Shown one piece after another: positions 37,473 through 52,013 of a stretch of DNA of 64,000 nucleotides. The notes under the pieces are model-generated. The model ran no database searches. It worked only from the letters and a program-made list of their open reading frames with translations, and was not told the DNA's origin. Position numbers and translations under genes: made by a program. Position 1 is the stretch's first letter. Each line of letters opens with the position of its first letter. The stretch lies in NCBI GenBank assembly GCA_002633005.1, contig NMRA01000298.1, forward strand, positions 480,255 through 544,254, given 5' to 3'. The DNA is from Phoronis australis. Lineage: Eukaryota; Animalia; Phoronida.

Positions 37473-39234
37473 GGTAAGAACTGAAATAATAGATGGTGGA
37501 TAAATGGGTTAAAAGGTCATTGTATTAAATGTCGAGCGCGCTATGCTTGAAATGACACATGCAGTAAATCATGACAACAACGAATATTTCGTTTTAACTC
37601 ATTGGTTAGTCCTAAATAGCAGACGATTTCCATGTATCAATTGTTACCAACTAATAATCTAAACTAAGGTTGAAACCGTGGAGAAACGCACATTTTGATC
37701 TGGAATACACATGGAGAAATCTCACCTTGAGGCTGTTCTGTGGACTGATGTGGTCGCTAAGTGAGGTCGGACTTTCTTATTTCACAGCCGTATCTTAGTA
37801 TTTCGCCAGATGGTTCGTGTCCCATGGAGTGAATAGAACGTGAATCACTTATGCAAGATTAACTAAATGCCTTCACGTGAAGGGTCCTACCCCACCTTAT
37901 CTAGACATGTGGTAATTAGAAATCAGGAGGATTTATATAGTTTGGTGTATGCAACTATCTAAGTGCGGTGTACATTTTATTAGACTGCGCGGGGTTAATT
38001 TTGCAGCACCCACTACTGATAATTCAAATTTCACCTCTAGTCACCGCGGTATTTCTCCATGGTGTTTCACTCGCGTTCGTATCTTTGGACCAGGTGTGTT
38101 CAAGCTTCCGCTACTGTCTGGTTTTACATGAAATTCATTCTTTGTTCTGTAGTGGGCTGCAGTGCAGGCGTGGCGGAGGATTCTGGTTAATTTTCAGTCT
38201 TGCCAGCTTACTCCACTAGGTCTTAGTGCTGGCATTGGAAGAATGGGTTTCATGTGAAAATGATTAGATGGTGCGTGGCGCCAAATTCTGTACGCAAGGC
38301 CGGACCGTCATAAGGACTATGTCATAAGCTTTCTGCGGACAGACGCTCGTGATAACCTCAAATGCCGTTTCGACCGCGGTTTTCTTGCTTCAAATCCGGG
38401 CGCCTTTGATAATCAGGTTTCCATTCATCGAAATGTGCTTATTATTGAGTGCAGTATCACTGCTGTGAGTCCGGTGGACGTTTATCTTGTTATCAAGAAG
38501 GCTCGCGGGATCTCTTGGGCGCTACGACTATACCTTATGGACGTGTATATGGTGCAGCTGCAACTTCGGGATTACCAAAGGTCCCTTCGCACTACTATAG
38601 ACAGCCCATTGTCTTCTTTCTCTAATTAAAAGTGTCGAAGACAATGTCACGACCTCTCGGGCGCTCGATGGGTGGCCAGTCGATTGTAAATAATGGAACA
38701 TCCACGCGGGGTCCTTCCAAAAGTCTAACCCGGCCCCCCCTCCCCCTTTCTCCACTTCCCCAGTGTAGGCTCATTATGTACATGTAGGCTACGTGCACAA
38801 CCGTGCCCCGATACTCGGATATTAATTCTTCGGACAGTTGACTCGTGCATCTACAGTTGGAGACGACATTTGTTATACCTGTATTAGTAGCGTTTCCAGA
38901 AATGAACAATTAGAAATCCAAGGCATTAAGAAAAAAGAACATGACTTCAGCATGTGTCTGAAATCAACATAATACATTTCTGTCCAATGCCCGGACCACT
39001 GGTGCCCATTTTCTTAGAGAGGAACCTTACATTTTCGAAAACGTATTGGGTCTATTTCGTATATATTACTTATTTTAAAGGTTATTTCAAGACTTATCTA
39101 TAAAATGATATTACAGTGGCGGATCTAGGATATCACAAGGGGGCCCCAACATTTTGTAAGCATTTGCGCAAACTGAACCACGATTGTAGATGCGCATAGC
39201 GCCGAATGTTGGGAGGTCGGGAGGGTGGGGGTTG

Positions 39235-39274
39235 CTGGCGGATAGAGCCAGCGTGCGTTACCACTACGCCACCA
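39235..39274 (-). repeat. 5' half of a tRNA-derived SINE head
   Basis: Minus strand ggtggcgtagtggtaacgcacgc contains an A box; truncated before the B box. Confidence 0.4.
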
Positions 39275-41082
39275 TGATTTAACTACTTATCTCATACTAA
39301 GAGACCTACTTGTTTATGGTCCACAGCGTTTGTGCGCGAAACCTACTTCTTTTTGTAATGCTTATTACACGTTTTATATTTTGTGCCATCAATTCTTAAC
39401 ACATTTGTCGTATTTGAAATAGTCTTCAAATGCCCAAAAGACCAAATCCGTTTTTTGTGTTAGAACTAATGACGGGATTGCTTTGGAAATCGTCTTAAGA
39501 TAAGGTTTGACAAAGAGAGTATTGCGAGTTCCTGAGTGACTCACTAAGGCTTCGATTAAAATTCACATCTTACCATCAGCTTCTGTTTTTTCATCGTCAC
39601 TCAGGTTCCATTTTCTTTAAAAAATGAAGTAAATTTTCTTCATTGCACAGTGGAGCAGACGACGGAAACGGAGTCGTATTGCGCAGCGCCACTGCCGGTC
39701 ACCTGGGATATAGCGGGAGAGCCTATACTTAGCCATAATTCCGTTACGAATGCGCCGTGTTCCGAATTTAACACTTGAAATTGGATTTGAGCCTGGTCTG
39801 GTACTCAATTAGCTTCATTGCTTGCGTCTGGCATCATTGTTCGAGTCGAACGGTAAACTGCTACGTACCGAGGCTGGGACTGAAAATGTATAGGCGCCTC
39901 TGGCACTAAGTAGATTTATTAGAACGGAATGGCAAGAGAACAAAGTTTATTCTAACATGCAGATCTGTTCCTAACTTACATATATTATACTCTCTTTGTC
40001 ACATGAAGTTCCGCCTCAAGAACTGGTATTTTTATTAATTTCAAGACAACACTGCCCGGTTGTATGAAAAAGTCCTGAATAGGGACTCAGCAAAGTGCCC
40101 TGAGTTTTGTGTATATGTTTCGCTCTTTACTCACAGTTGCAAACTTTCCCTGTCATTTTATCTACAGTATGTTATGATCTCCTCCAAATAATACGGCTAA
40201 AAACGGAGAGTTCTTAACTTGAGGGTTTTGAACGAAAATTCCCCACTCGTTTTCAAAAACATTGAGACTTCAACGAAGAGCTTACAATGGATTTGTTTCA
40301 AAGCCCTCCACTTAGTAAGGAAACTAAAACGCCATAAGAAAGGACAATCAGTGCTTTCACATGTCCACAATTACGCAGTAGATATACAGTACTTAGTTGA
40401 GTACCAATTTTTGACTGTCGCACAACCAGGCACTGGTAAAACATGTCAAATTGATCAAAAACCATTTGAAAAGACAACGTTGCTCTTCAAGGTTATGCAG
40501 GATTTTATCGACTGTGTTTTGGAGAACAGTGCATAATGCATAAAGTGTAGTATTTGAAAGTTTCGCATGAATCCGTTAGTCCGTTTCTATGACATGATGT
40601 TATCAATTCAGCCATATTTGGCTATTTTTAGGGTCCTTCATAACCTGAATCACATAACGCAGGCAACTCGTCAATATCCGTATTTGATTAATCACACCAT
40701 AAACACAAATTAGTAGACACGCTTTAGTCACAGCCATACACACAAACAAATTTTAGTCATAATATAGTCAAACTCTTAAATACAAAAATATGTAAGTCAC
40801 ATTTGAGTTACACCTATCACATATTCTAATACAACCTAATCACATTTTAGTTATGACTTGTTATTAAGACACAAATAAGTCACATTTTAGGCACTACTAA
40901 ATGGGATAAGGGGGTACAAATCAGTCATTTACTTAAATATCGCGTAGGTTACGTGAATGTTAGAGCAACAAGCTAGAGTTTCAAACTCTGGCTTGAGCGG
41001 CCTTACGGAATGTCGGAAACACCCTCGCGTTCCATGCCTAAAAAGTGAACGATTCAGCTTGTCCAAACCCTTTTCGACAATA

Positions 41083-44000
41083 CTACGAGTTCTCTTTTAG
41101 AATCAACGATAGGGTTTCATTATCAAAGTGGTTTTGCCATCTCCTGTAGACGTAGAGTCTGAGTTTGTAGAGTCCGAAGAGGAACACGTGTGTCGCTGGT
41201 AGCAAGAGTATAAGTACACCAGGCACAAATGCAGCCGTGGTGCCGGGGCAGTTGATAGGGTCAATTATACACTTGTAGATGTAGTTGTGGTTTAGGGCAT
41301 TGGTACCTAGGGAAAGAAGGTGATACATTATAGGTCTAAGTTTATGAACAGCATTATAAAGTGGTACGTGTACTATTACCCTGCCAGAAAACTCAAGAGT
41401 GACTCCATATGAAAACCAGCAGGTGGAATCCATACTCAAAATCCCAAATTCTTTTCGACTTAGCACATGAGTTTGGTTTGGTGAGATGTAGAAAATTTCA
41501 AGAATTTTCATCCATTATTTCTCTTTTTATGACATGTACTTCCATTTTGCAACACAATTGGGCTCCGAAGTAGATATGTTTGAATGCATTTTACTACCAT
41601 CAGGAAGAGCTAATCAGGAAGGGACAACTAGCTAAACCGCTGTTTTTAGTCTCCTTCCCCAGACTAATTTCAGGAATTATGTTTCATTTTGAAGAAAACA
41701 GTTGATTTCATCAGAAAGAGTAAAGCTTTTTCTATAGAAGAATTTCCATAAAATTACTTTGCAACTTTAAAAAGCGGTATAATTATGCTTTGAAAATATC
41801 GACTTCATCGCATACAATCGCAACTTCCCACACGCACTCACGGGTATTTACGCTTTTCCGTCGACGTACATGTATAGATGGCGCAGTAGTCAAGTACTCC
41901 CTCATTAGCATATCAAATTTGCATGCTGTGAATGAGTTTTCGAGATTCTTGTCAGTTGTTAATCAAAATGGTGTCCTTACGTGAGTTAGTGATAGATAAA
42001 GTGACAAAAGAATCTCACTGTGACGGATTTTATCCTGCAAGGAAAGTTCTCTGAGACACGTTTGCCTCGACTCCGTTTAGTGAATTAGTAATATTTGAGG
42101 AGTTTTCCGGCCTCTTCCATTAAATAAAGCGGAATGCTGCGGATCGAATCGCCAGGAAACCGGTGACGAAGAGCTAAGCCGGCGTACTGTTTCGCGCTGA
42201 TTGGGGTCATGCTCTGCGTGATAGAAAGTTCACGAAAAATTTATTCATCCAGATGAATTCTCTGTTGCCAGAATTGGACTTGATGAGTAAATATGACCCT
42301 GACCTGCGATGCGTCAGCAGTGCAGTGTGCAATGCTGCTTTTTGTAAATGCACCGTGAGTCCTAGGCGGCTCCGCCACCGTGTAGTCCGCTGCTAGTACC
42401 AGTTCAGCCACTGCCAGCACTGACAACACCAGTGCCGGAAGTAGACGGAATCTTTTTCCCGGCCCCAGTTCAATTAGTTGTACCTCCGAACTCACACCCC
42501 AGCCTGATTGGAGTTTACATGTACTTTCAGGTGGTTGAATTGGAGAGATGTTTCGTACATACAAGAAGATCAGGGGTAATGCATCATACATTCAGAAAAA
42601 ATGGCTGCCGTGACCGCTTCTGCAGATGTAAAACGAAGTAGGTTTTATTTTGATTTCCTGGGAATAAGAACATGGGATTGGGAGTTATAAAATTATTTAT
42701 GTCCCTTGATTTGTATCAATGGTCACATGACACTGGGTCTAATTCTTATCAATTGATGTTATTTTCAAAACTGAATTGTCGTATACTTTCCTGAGTTCAC
42801 TCTAAATCTAATGACCCTCGTTGCAAAGCACGTGACTTTCTCGTCGATTGGAAGCAAAACAATGTTCATGTGATTAGCTTTTCAATACAACAGTATGCGT
42901 ATCACAGGCTTCTTTTGATTTCGGGACAAGCTGAACATAGACATATTTTAAAGATGCCATGTCTCATTAAACTTGTGAATATTTGAAGTTGTAGCAAGCA
43001 CCACCTAATGACTTCCTGGAGAACTGTTTGTACAAGTTTAACCAGAAAAAAAAAACAAATTGTAAATAAATTGCGGTTTTAAAGAAAACATTACAACTGA
43101 TACTGATAAGCTTAAAAACAAATGTGAACATACAAAAAACCAATAATTTCAAATACAATGCAATCGTAATTTGACAGTGAAATAAATAAATATAAAAACT
43201 GTGCCTTGTTTCATTTGGGTAACACTGAAACATTACTATTCATTTGCATAAAAATAGTCTCGCAAAACGAGACTTTCGCGAGATTGTAATGGTAACGGGT
43301 TCTCAGATGGTTTTCAGTATATGGTAGGACCCGGGTATGTTTGTAAATTAGTACTTCATCTGCATATTCACAATTTAATGAGACGATGCATCTTTAAAAT
43401 ATGTAGTTCGACTGGACTAGTGGCGGTCTTTCAACAAGGGATTTTTAAACAGCACTATTGGCCAGGGACTTCATGACCGTACCTATCAAAAAATCTTCAA
43501 AGCAAATGGCCATATTAAAATGAACTTTTCTCGAAACTGGGTCATAATAAAACGAACTTAGACCCAGCACAGACGGGTAGGTTCGAGCTAAGCTGTCTGT
43601 CTCAAGTGAAATATAGCTGAGTTGAGCGGCGACTAGCATTAGTTCATCGAATTTCGTATTTTCACACTTTTAGATATCAGCTACAGTTACTCAGTTAGGA
43701 ATCTCCCAGCTAATCGTCAGTGCGCTGGCCTTAGGCTCATGCTTACTGTCCCTAAAACATTGGTTCACGGTTTCTCAAATCCTGATAACAGCATCCATGG
43801 GATTGACNCCAGCGAACAGGAAATGGGTTGGAGTTGGGGTAAGGTCGTGGCGATAGAGAAAGGGGATGTTATTTGGCGCAGTCGAATTCATTTGTGCTCC
43901 CAATAATTGTTGCCTTCCTACGTGCCTGCAGATGGATGAGACTTCCCGGCGACGTCGAGACTACCGTGGCTAAGGGCTAACGCTAATTTCTCGACTAATA

Positions 44001-47000
44001 CCTGCTTCTAAATCTGGTGTTAAGGAAAGTTAAAAACAAAATGACAATGTCACACATGCAAGCGTATTCAAATACAATCAAATGTATTTTCATGTGAAAC
44101 CATATTCAATGTTCTTCGAATATTCACTAGGATCGATTTCTCAAGTGACTGCTGTTTTCTTAGAATGAGATCGGACCAATCAGGAAGAACTGCGTTTCAA
44201 GTCATACACTATTGGCATCTGACGGTTCAAATTGGAAGCTCGCGTCGTATGACGTCGTTCGACGTATGAGATGCAAGTCTTATTTGCATATATCAGCGAC
44301 ATCTATTGGTGTAAAAAAGAAGATCCTGAACGAGTGCAAAGAGGTGTCTTTTGCAAGGGTAAAACATGTCATGCTCAAAGCATCCAAGGGCCACTAATAC
44401 ATGTATGCAGTCTTTGGGGACAGGAGTGGTGTTATTTTATAGGTGAAGAGCTAAGCTTTCAAACACAATGCTTGGATTTCAGACAACTTGGACATTCTCT
44501 TTTGAAATCACTTTTGAAAACACGTTAAAATGCGCCAAAACAGTTGTCCCTTCCTGGCTATATGCTACCATGTATAGCTCGCTGATAACAAATTAGTGAC
44601 ACACTTTTAAATGACTATGATTGAATAATTTAACGGCATAACTTTCAAAATTCATTTTCGTGGCAAAAGCGGCTATTTTGCAGGTTTTCACTTAAGCCAT
44701 TTTCGGCCACATTTGGCACTCTGTAGCAGCTACCGTATATTACACCTTTTCAAAAACTGACTTTATAATAATTTGTTTAGTCGTTTCTAGGGTCTTCATA
44801 TTCTAAAATAAAAAATCTTGCCTCTCCCGTAGTTTTTGCTTACGAAGGTGTGCGCGGGCAAAACTAGCGTGCCTCACTCATCAGGAACTTAGAATGACAT
44901 CTGCCGCATTGAGATGAGCCCTCCCATCCTCAGACATGATGGCGTTTGGAAAAGGTTTTGAAAAGAAATTTTGGTAGAGGGTCAATGCTAAAATAACATG
45001 TTTTATTAAAAGTCCAGTAAAGCGTATGTTCCCCCTCATGATTTTGGAAGACTTTAGTTATTATACCAACCTCCGGTGTAGAGATAGATGATTACGGTCA
45101 CACAATAGAGACAAAAAGCCGCCATCGGGTAGACTACATGGAGCACTCTAACAGGTGTCGCTGTAATCAATGTGTCAACAACAACGTACACAATCGTTAT
45201 GTGCATGTGTGTTTGAACGATACCCACGGGATCTGAAAGACAAGGAGAATTTTGACAGCCAGAAGCGAACCACGAAGCACACTCTTTCCAAAACACATTA
45301 CAATTTTATTGTTTGGCCTATTTAAACGACGTATGAACTATGACTAGGCGAAACAAAAGAACGTCCTACAACTGATGTCGTCAACCTTGAAAAGTAAAGG
45401 GGTAGGTTGTTTGCAAATCAGTAAACTAGAGGGTGAAATGCTTGCCTGTGGGTAAAGCCAGAACATCTGAAACCGCACATAAATCAATTTGCATCGCAAC
45501 CACCTGAAGACCTACTGGGTGTACCGTAGAGCGTATAATAATTTACAAAAATGTGTTTTTGAGACTGTAACTTGGGAATTTTATTAAATAAAATTTGGTC
45601 CTAATAAGGATACCAATGCTTTGCAATCAACGTTTTTTATTCTTTTTTTTTTTTGCTGAATTTAAATAAAAAATACATGATCACATGACCCAATTAACGA
45701 CAAATTGTTAAAAATCCAAAAATTAAATTCTTCAACCTTTCTTTTTTCAGAAAATTTAAATTTTTACTGAGTTAAAATCTACAGTTTTGTAGATGTTATG
45801 TTAAATCCATATATTTGTCGATAAGATCTAACATAACCTCAATCGGATTTGTTGATAATAAAACAATGGGAGAAGGGGAAATGACATTACTTCGAGATAT
45901 AACGTATTAGCAAAAACGCTGTTCCTAGAAACAAACTGCAAAACGAACATGCACATAAGTAGACGGCCTCCTTCGGTGAGGATAGAAAGAACTTGTCACG
46001 ACAGGAAATTGATTAAAATCAATTAAAGGCGATGCTGTGGCTGCGTAGCTGTCAGTGTTGAATTCTTAAACAAAATGCTTCGGAGATTAAATCAATTATC
46101 GCACTTATCCTATCCTGAATTGTTCCGAAATGAACCGGAAATCAAGCCACTGGCATTGCGTACATGCGCCATTTTTAATTCGCAATCTTATGGTTGGTCA
46201 ACCCCAATAAACTCTTACGCACTTGTTGAGTCACCGATGGTTTCAATGTTCTTGTTCTTGTTCATGACGAAAACTTGGTCCATTTAATGTACTTTAAACA
46301 AAAAGATGACTTTGGTCATTTTTTTCGTTTTTGGCAGGTAAATGTTGAGGTAGGTCAGTTTTAAACAACGCCGATGATGCAGTATTATTTTTACATTATC
46401 TTTGAAAACCAAAATGGACACTAATATACACATACAGACAAGATTTTGGGGGAGAAAACGAATAATCAGGTTGGACTATCGGTAGTCCAAGTTATGAATG
46501 CACATCAGTGTTAGTACAACTGATGTTGATAATACCTTTGTAGGTTGGAACCATGGCTGTCCAGTAAACCAGAGTTACAAGACAGGCGGCGTCAAAGGCT
46601 ATGACTTGGAGAAACCATGCGGCCTTGTGATGCCACGTCATAGTCTCGTGTGTGAAATCTGCAGAAAAAATCGTATTAGCTACAAATAGTAAGGCAATCG
46701 TACTTTCTGAGAATATTGTTACGATTGTAGGGCCTTTTCTGCAAATTACGTCATCAAATGTTACTTTTGCACAGGAATGGACCAACGGAATTCCTTTAGT
46801 TGGCTTTAATTGTTGAAGCAAAATCTTGATGCCGTTTTCGGAAGCAAAATTTCAACTTCGACAGAGATAAAAACTTGGCATATGTAAACACGTACATTGA
46901 TGGGACACAGCCCGGACACAGTACGACTGTAGAAAACTAGAAATACTAAGTGGTTGTATTTCGTTGTTTGAATGAGCTCCCCTGACAAACGCAAAATCAA

Positions 47001-47446
47001 AACACAGCATGACTCGCCATAGCATGTCTTCCAGACATTTGCTGAAATCAAGCGCGGTGTCTTTAACATTTAAAACGCTTAAAATGTTCAGCATTAGAGT
47101 ATGAGCCTACTGCTGCTAAGTTAATGGGCTCTATTCCGTGCCATTGATAAGTTTTGCAAAATTAATGTTCTATCCAACAATGTCACTTTAACAAATCTGC
47201 ATTTTCTTTACCCGGTTCATTACGAGTCCTTGGGTACGTAATCATAACTGTCACCCATCGGAAGATAAACGTGGCCAAAAGCGCTGCGTAGCTCCAGTTC
47301 GTGAGATAGAGGAACAACTTTACGTGGTTTTCCGGTCCTGAAAACCAGCTCTGATTTGGAAGCGCGCAAGTCAGCACAAACCATATCGAGATGTATATCA
47401 GACAGACCGTAACGTAGGCGAGATACAGCGCTTGGGAACAGAACCA
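41083..47446 (-). CDS. rost: Protein rolling stone-like multi-pass membrane protein; first coding exon not identified
   Basis: Exons 47446-47212, 46658-46536, 45232-45071 and 41306-41083; GT-AG, phase-consistent, 744 nt. Motifs LFLYLTNWSY, VTLVYW, PVRVLHVVYP, GG|TNALNHNYIY and HVFLFGLYKLR are typical of rolling stone. Confidence 0.85.
41397..41600 (-). mobile_element. Sola3 terminal fragment (same family as 1345-3416), part 1
   Basis: gagtgactccatatgaaaaccagcaggtggaatc...tttgaatgcattttactaccat aligns with the reverse complement of ~3416-3200; preceded by tcaa (decayed TTAA). Confidence 0.8.
41601..44564. mobile_element. Unclassified ~3-kb TIR element with 7-bp TSD (CTACCAT) inserted into the Sola3 copy
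   Basis: CTACCAT at 41594-41600 and 44565-44571. Subterminal inverted core CAGGAAGGGACAACT (41615) / AGTTGTCCCTTCCTG (44542). CA...TG termini. The paralogous Sola3 at ~3200 has a single copy of the target. Confidence 0.7.
44565..44775 (-). mobile_element. Sola3 fragment, part 2 (continuation after the nested insertion)
   Basis: ggcataactttcaaaa...ggttttcacttaagccattttcggccacatttggcactctgtagcagc...gactttataataa aligns with the reverse complement of ~3200-2987. Confidence 0.8.
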
Positions 47447-48542
47447 CTGTAATGGGTTAGAAAATAATAACCACAGTAATAAATGTGACATTTTTAACAT
47501 ATGAACGCAGTACATGTTGACTACTCGTCAGATATGTGTTGGTTTTCTATGATAGTTATTAGCGCAACACCGGGGCAGAAACTAAATTTACAAAAGGTGG
47601 CAAAAAATATTCCCTTATTTAGTATGACGTCATTTTGACGTTTTGGACCTAGTCAAATAAATTAAAATACCTAAATGAAAATTCCAAAAAATAAAAATAA
47701 TAATTAGATCAGATTTACGTAAGCGCTTCGAATCTGGCCTTGGATCTGGTCAATTCTAATGCTTCTGAACTCCCAGGGATCATTCAGTAGGTTCTACCGT
47801 TGTCGGACCACACCGAGTAACCTAAACACATAATTTTGTAAAACTTCCAAGTGCTAAACTGCCCCCGTGGCTAAGCTTAAGACCTGCAAGATTTTTAAAA
47901 ATGTGATTTGAATGTGCACTTATATTCCTACTTGTGGGTGCAAACCGCGTCATATTAGTGGAAGATACGTCACCACTAAACATCCGAATGGTAACAATTT
48001 GTCGACATGAAGTAAATAGCCTACCCAAAGATATGCCCAATTTGAGTTGTGTCTAAAAATTTTGAGTTTTCCCGCGTTTCCAAATGCACAGCTACTACGA
48101 AGAGGTGCACATATATACTCATTCAGCATTCCGTACATGTCAACCGTGTGAGTATGTAAATATTCACTTGTCCTACCTACTTTTTACACTCCAGGGTAGA
48201 GTTCAGAAACGCTAAAACCTAGCTAAAATCACGTGTTCTCGTTTAAAACACACGGCAATATCTCATATAATCTCGCAAAGTCTTGGCTTTTGGCGAGGTC
48301 CCAGCGTTACTGAACGGCTGGCTGGTATCATCAGGTTCCTTATTTCGTTATCCAATTTTCATTTTGAATATCGCTTCATTGTTTAACCATGTTACAACTC
48401 GTAGTTGTATTATTTTTATTGGAGCGCACATCTGTGGCCGCCATTCTATTGATGCACGACAAGAAATTCGAAAATCACTTTTGCACGCAATCTACACGAA
48501 ATTTGATCGCACTGTGTAACTCGTTCAAAGGTCGAGACATGT

Positions 48543-50602
48543 TAGTCCGGGAGCCAGAGAATTTTTTCTTACTTAACCTGGATTTGCTGGATAAAGTTTA
48601 ATTTTTTGATGTTTATGTAGCCTAGGGATAGGTTATCATGATTTGGGGTGTGACCGTTCGAAACCCTTAAGTATTTTTTAAATATGCAAATTAACTTCGT
48701 GATAATACAAAACTCTATTTTTGCTTATAACGTCCTTGCCAAGCACTGTAAACAGGTTATTTTAATATTTTCACCTTTGTTTCCAAATTCAGTGAATTTA
48801 AAGGAGCTCGTTTGTTAGTGAACATATCGGGAATTTGCATAATATACGCAAATTAGTTCCGCCATTATTCAAAATTCTGCTTGTAGCTGTAGTACCAGGT
48901 ACGACAGGTAAATTAGTTTATGTTCGGAATATGTCCCCAAAATAATACCAGGTACCACAGGTAAATTATTGTAATACTTGCACACATGTTGCTGTTGTGA
49001 ACTAGTTTAATAAAATCAGTTTGTAAGTTGCTGCACGACAAACTTGCATAATTTATGTAATGTAATTCGAAATTCGGTTTTTGCTCCTAACTTCCTTACA
49101 GGCGTTACATGTTCGTGATCATCATGAATTTGCATTATTGATGAGTTACATAAATTAGACTAAGTTGCCATGAAAACAAAACTCTGCTTGTGCTTATAAT
49201 TGCCGTATCAGACACCAGAGGTCAGTGATATTAATATTTGCACCCACGTTTCTGTGGTCAATGAGTTAAATGAAACCTGATGCAAGTAGCATGGTAAGTT
49301 CGCAAAATCTCTTTTTGAAGATGAAGTGAGAAAATAGTTTTTGTAATATGTGCTCAACAGTTTGAGACCTTTAATTCCAAAAAAGATTTGCCTAATGTTC
49401 TACTCCCTTAAGCCATAGAAAAATGCAGATTAGATTAATGAGCTGAGTGAATGCTGGAATGGGACTCGGTGCGATCAGTTTATAGGGACCACATTCACGA
49501 TGTACAGACACAGTAGTGGAGGCATAGTAGGGAATTTCCCTCAAAGAAGAGCCTCTTTAGCTTTGGGCACGAAGTTGCCATTTGTCTTGCAAGATTGAAA
49601 CGGGTCTTGGAGAAACGGAAAGCGATAACATTGCATATTGTACTCAAACCTATCACAAAGAAGAAAGTAAGGCACGTTTTTAGTAAGTGCCCAAAATATT
49701 GCACGAATCCGTCAAAAAGTAGATACCAGCATCGATCCATTGGATCCCAAGTTCCATCCCAAAGGCGCAGTAGAGAACATTAGCAGTGACACGATTGCTA
49801 CTCCAACAGTTAATACATGTACACGAAGCAATAAGCATTGAACAAGCACTGCTATAAAACTTCGAGAAAGGCTGACCACTAGGTTTCTACAACACTATGC
49901 CGAGATAGGTGATAACCATGACAGCAAATGCCAAATCAATGCAAGTTGGTGAGTCGAAGGTGTGCAATATCAATGCAATATATTGAAGGGTTATGCCATT
50001 CTTATCAAACAATCGTGACATTGACGAAAGGAACGTCATGAGCTTGCTCCAACGCCTCCTGCAATGTTTATAGAAAAACGAGACGAGCCTTGTAAAAGGC
50101 AAGTCAGCCATGTACAGGTCCCTGCAACAGGAAGTGTCCAGCAGGAATGGCGGATGTACCAATGTGACGGTCATAGATGGTTCAAATCTTCTGTGGACTG
50201 TTCACTGGCCAGCAGATGGTACTGTAGAAAATTATGTCACCAAAGTGAAAATATGTGGTACTGCATATCCATGCGGACACCCAGCTTAAAAATGGGGTGC
50301 TCGAATTTTTGAGAATGGGGACCTCTTACTAAGATTCATGGGGTACGTTCAACTTACAAACTGGTTTCATTAAACATGGGTGCAATGTCATGATGGTTCA
50401 CCTGTAGTGCCTGGTACCGTAGCTATAATCACAAGTAGAATTTGAATAACGGTGGTCTTAATTTGAAATTTTAAAAATTGTTCAAGGGTTGCAAACGGTC
50501 TCCCCTCCCTCAATCATGGTCACTTAACCCTTGGCTACATGAAACAGCAAAGAAAAAAAATTATCCGTCAAATCCAGTCTCAGGTCCCTGGATCTAGGAC
50601 TA
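48543..50602 (+). mobile_element. Academ DNA transposon, internally deleted and decayed
   Basis: TAGTCC...GGACTA termini; imperfect TIRs of ~130 bp (tggatttgctggataa...tgtagcctagggata...catgatt...gaccgtt...aaccctt). Transposase remnant HELAPTPPAMF at ~50037 resembles the YELAPxPxSMF block I associate with Academ. Flanks tgt/tat are compatible with a decayed 3-bp TSD. Confidence 0.7.
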
Positions 50603-50933
50603 TATTGGTTTCCGCTTCTCGATCTGACTTAGGGCTCTCGCGTTATTCGAGATTTGCTGATCTAAGGACTCTTATTGAACGATTTTTGCTGTTCTTTTGT
50701 TTGTCTATCATTCGCATTCGCATGTTTCGTCCGATTGACATGAAATTTACACACAACATGTATGTCATGGAAATCTTGAGGCCTGTTGTTTTAGGCGAAA
50801 TCAGACCAAAGACGGAGCTTTGGAGACCATTTTTTAAATTCTCGTTTTACGGAGCAGAACGTAGATTGATCTCCTGGAGGTAACCGTTTTTGACTATTGG
50901 CTTGGACTTGTGTCATATTTTCTTTCTATTAGC

Positions 50934-51140
50934 TTCCAACTGGTACCATTGTTTTTACCGCTGGCTTGCAACTCGTGTCACTGTTTTGGTCGTTGGATTG
51001 CAACTCGTGTCACTGTTTTGATCGTTGCGTTGCAACTGGTGTCAGTGTTTTGACCGTTGCGTTGCAACTGATGTCAGCGTTTTATACTGTTGACCTGCAA
51101 CTGCTGTCACTGATTTTGATCACTGCCTTGCACTCTGTGC
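50934..51140. repeat. 32-bp minisatellite, ~6 copies
   Basis: Units such as ttgcaactcgtgtcactgttttgatcgttgcg repeated head-to-tail with gradual divergence. Confidence 0.85.
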
Positions 51141-52013
51141 GGTTTTAACATAAGCATATCGTCGAAATTTGGGTACATTCAATTAGCAAATTTACTTACA
51201 GTGAAAAGCTAAAGGAACGCACAAAAAGTTTGACAATTAAGTTCAAAGCACTCTAAACCCTTAGCTGGTTCTGTCTTCTCCTAATGCACATTTGTTATTT
51301 CCCATGTGACATAAATATCGTTTAACCAAGACGTTCCTCGACCACTGCCTCCTAGAACGGATCATGTGTTTCTAGATGAGCGGTCATTTCCCGCGGATGT
51401 CGTTACTCTCCCTCACCAATTTATTACATTTCGCATAGAATATCTAACTACATGTATATTTGAAGAATTTAAGTTGATGACGCTAATAGGGAATTATATG
51501 AATTTAAAACTTTGTTTTGAACGTTGTTCAAAACTGGGCTTAGTATCTTTTTATACGATGCAACATCTACATCCAAGCTGAAATGAGTATGTAGAGCTCA
51601 GTGTTGTATATTATAATCATTTCATTTTAATATGGTTCAACGTGACGTCTCTCTGGTTCACAGAACGCGTAAATGCGGGCGAAAGACAAACATGACGAGT
51701 AGTGGTATACGGGACATCATATGTGTATAAATGCCACATCATTCTAGATATGATGGTGCTTCTAGAAGTGGGCTTGGCTAATAGACTATCGTCCTCAAAG
51801 TATGATAGTACTAGCAAAACACTTGAGTTCGCCTAATGACGCAAGGATTTTTTCTATCGCAGAGCGGTTAGGCAAATATCAAAAAACGTGCTTTCTTCTC
51901 TTGGACAGACTGTATTGCGAGGTCAAAGAAAACATGAAGTCAAATAGTAACCCTCGTCTTACGAAGAACCTTAAAGGAGAATGCCACGCAAACTTTCCAT
52001 TGTGTTTTGTAAA

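Noticed and set aside
47715-47822. Candidate first exon of rost
   Set aside because: Acceptor-like and donor-like sites exist, but no frame gives a convincing rolling stone N-terminus.
48618-50537. Inner TAG...CTA as the Academ boundaries
   Set aside because: The inverted repeat extends further out to 48543 and 50602.
50934-51140. 32-bp periodic repeat resembling a CRISPR array
   Set aside because: Units are contiguous and homologous along their full length with no unique spacers, there are no cas genes, and the context is eukaryotic; it is a minisatellite.
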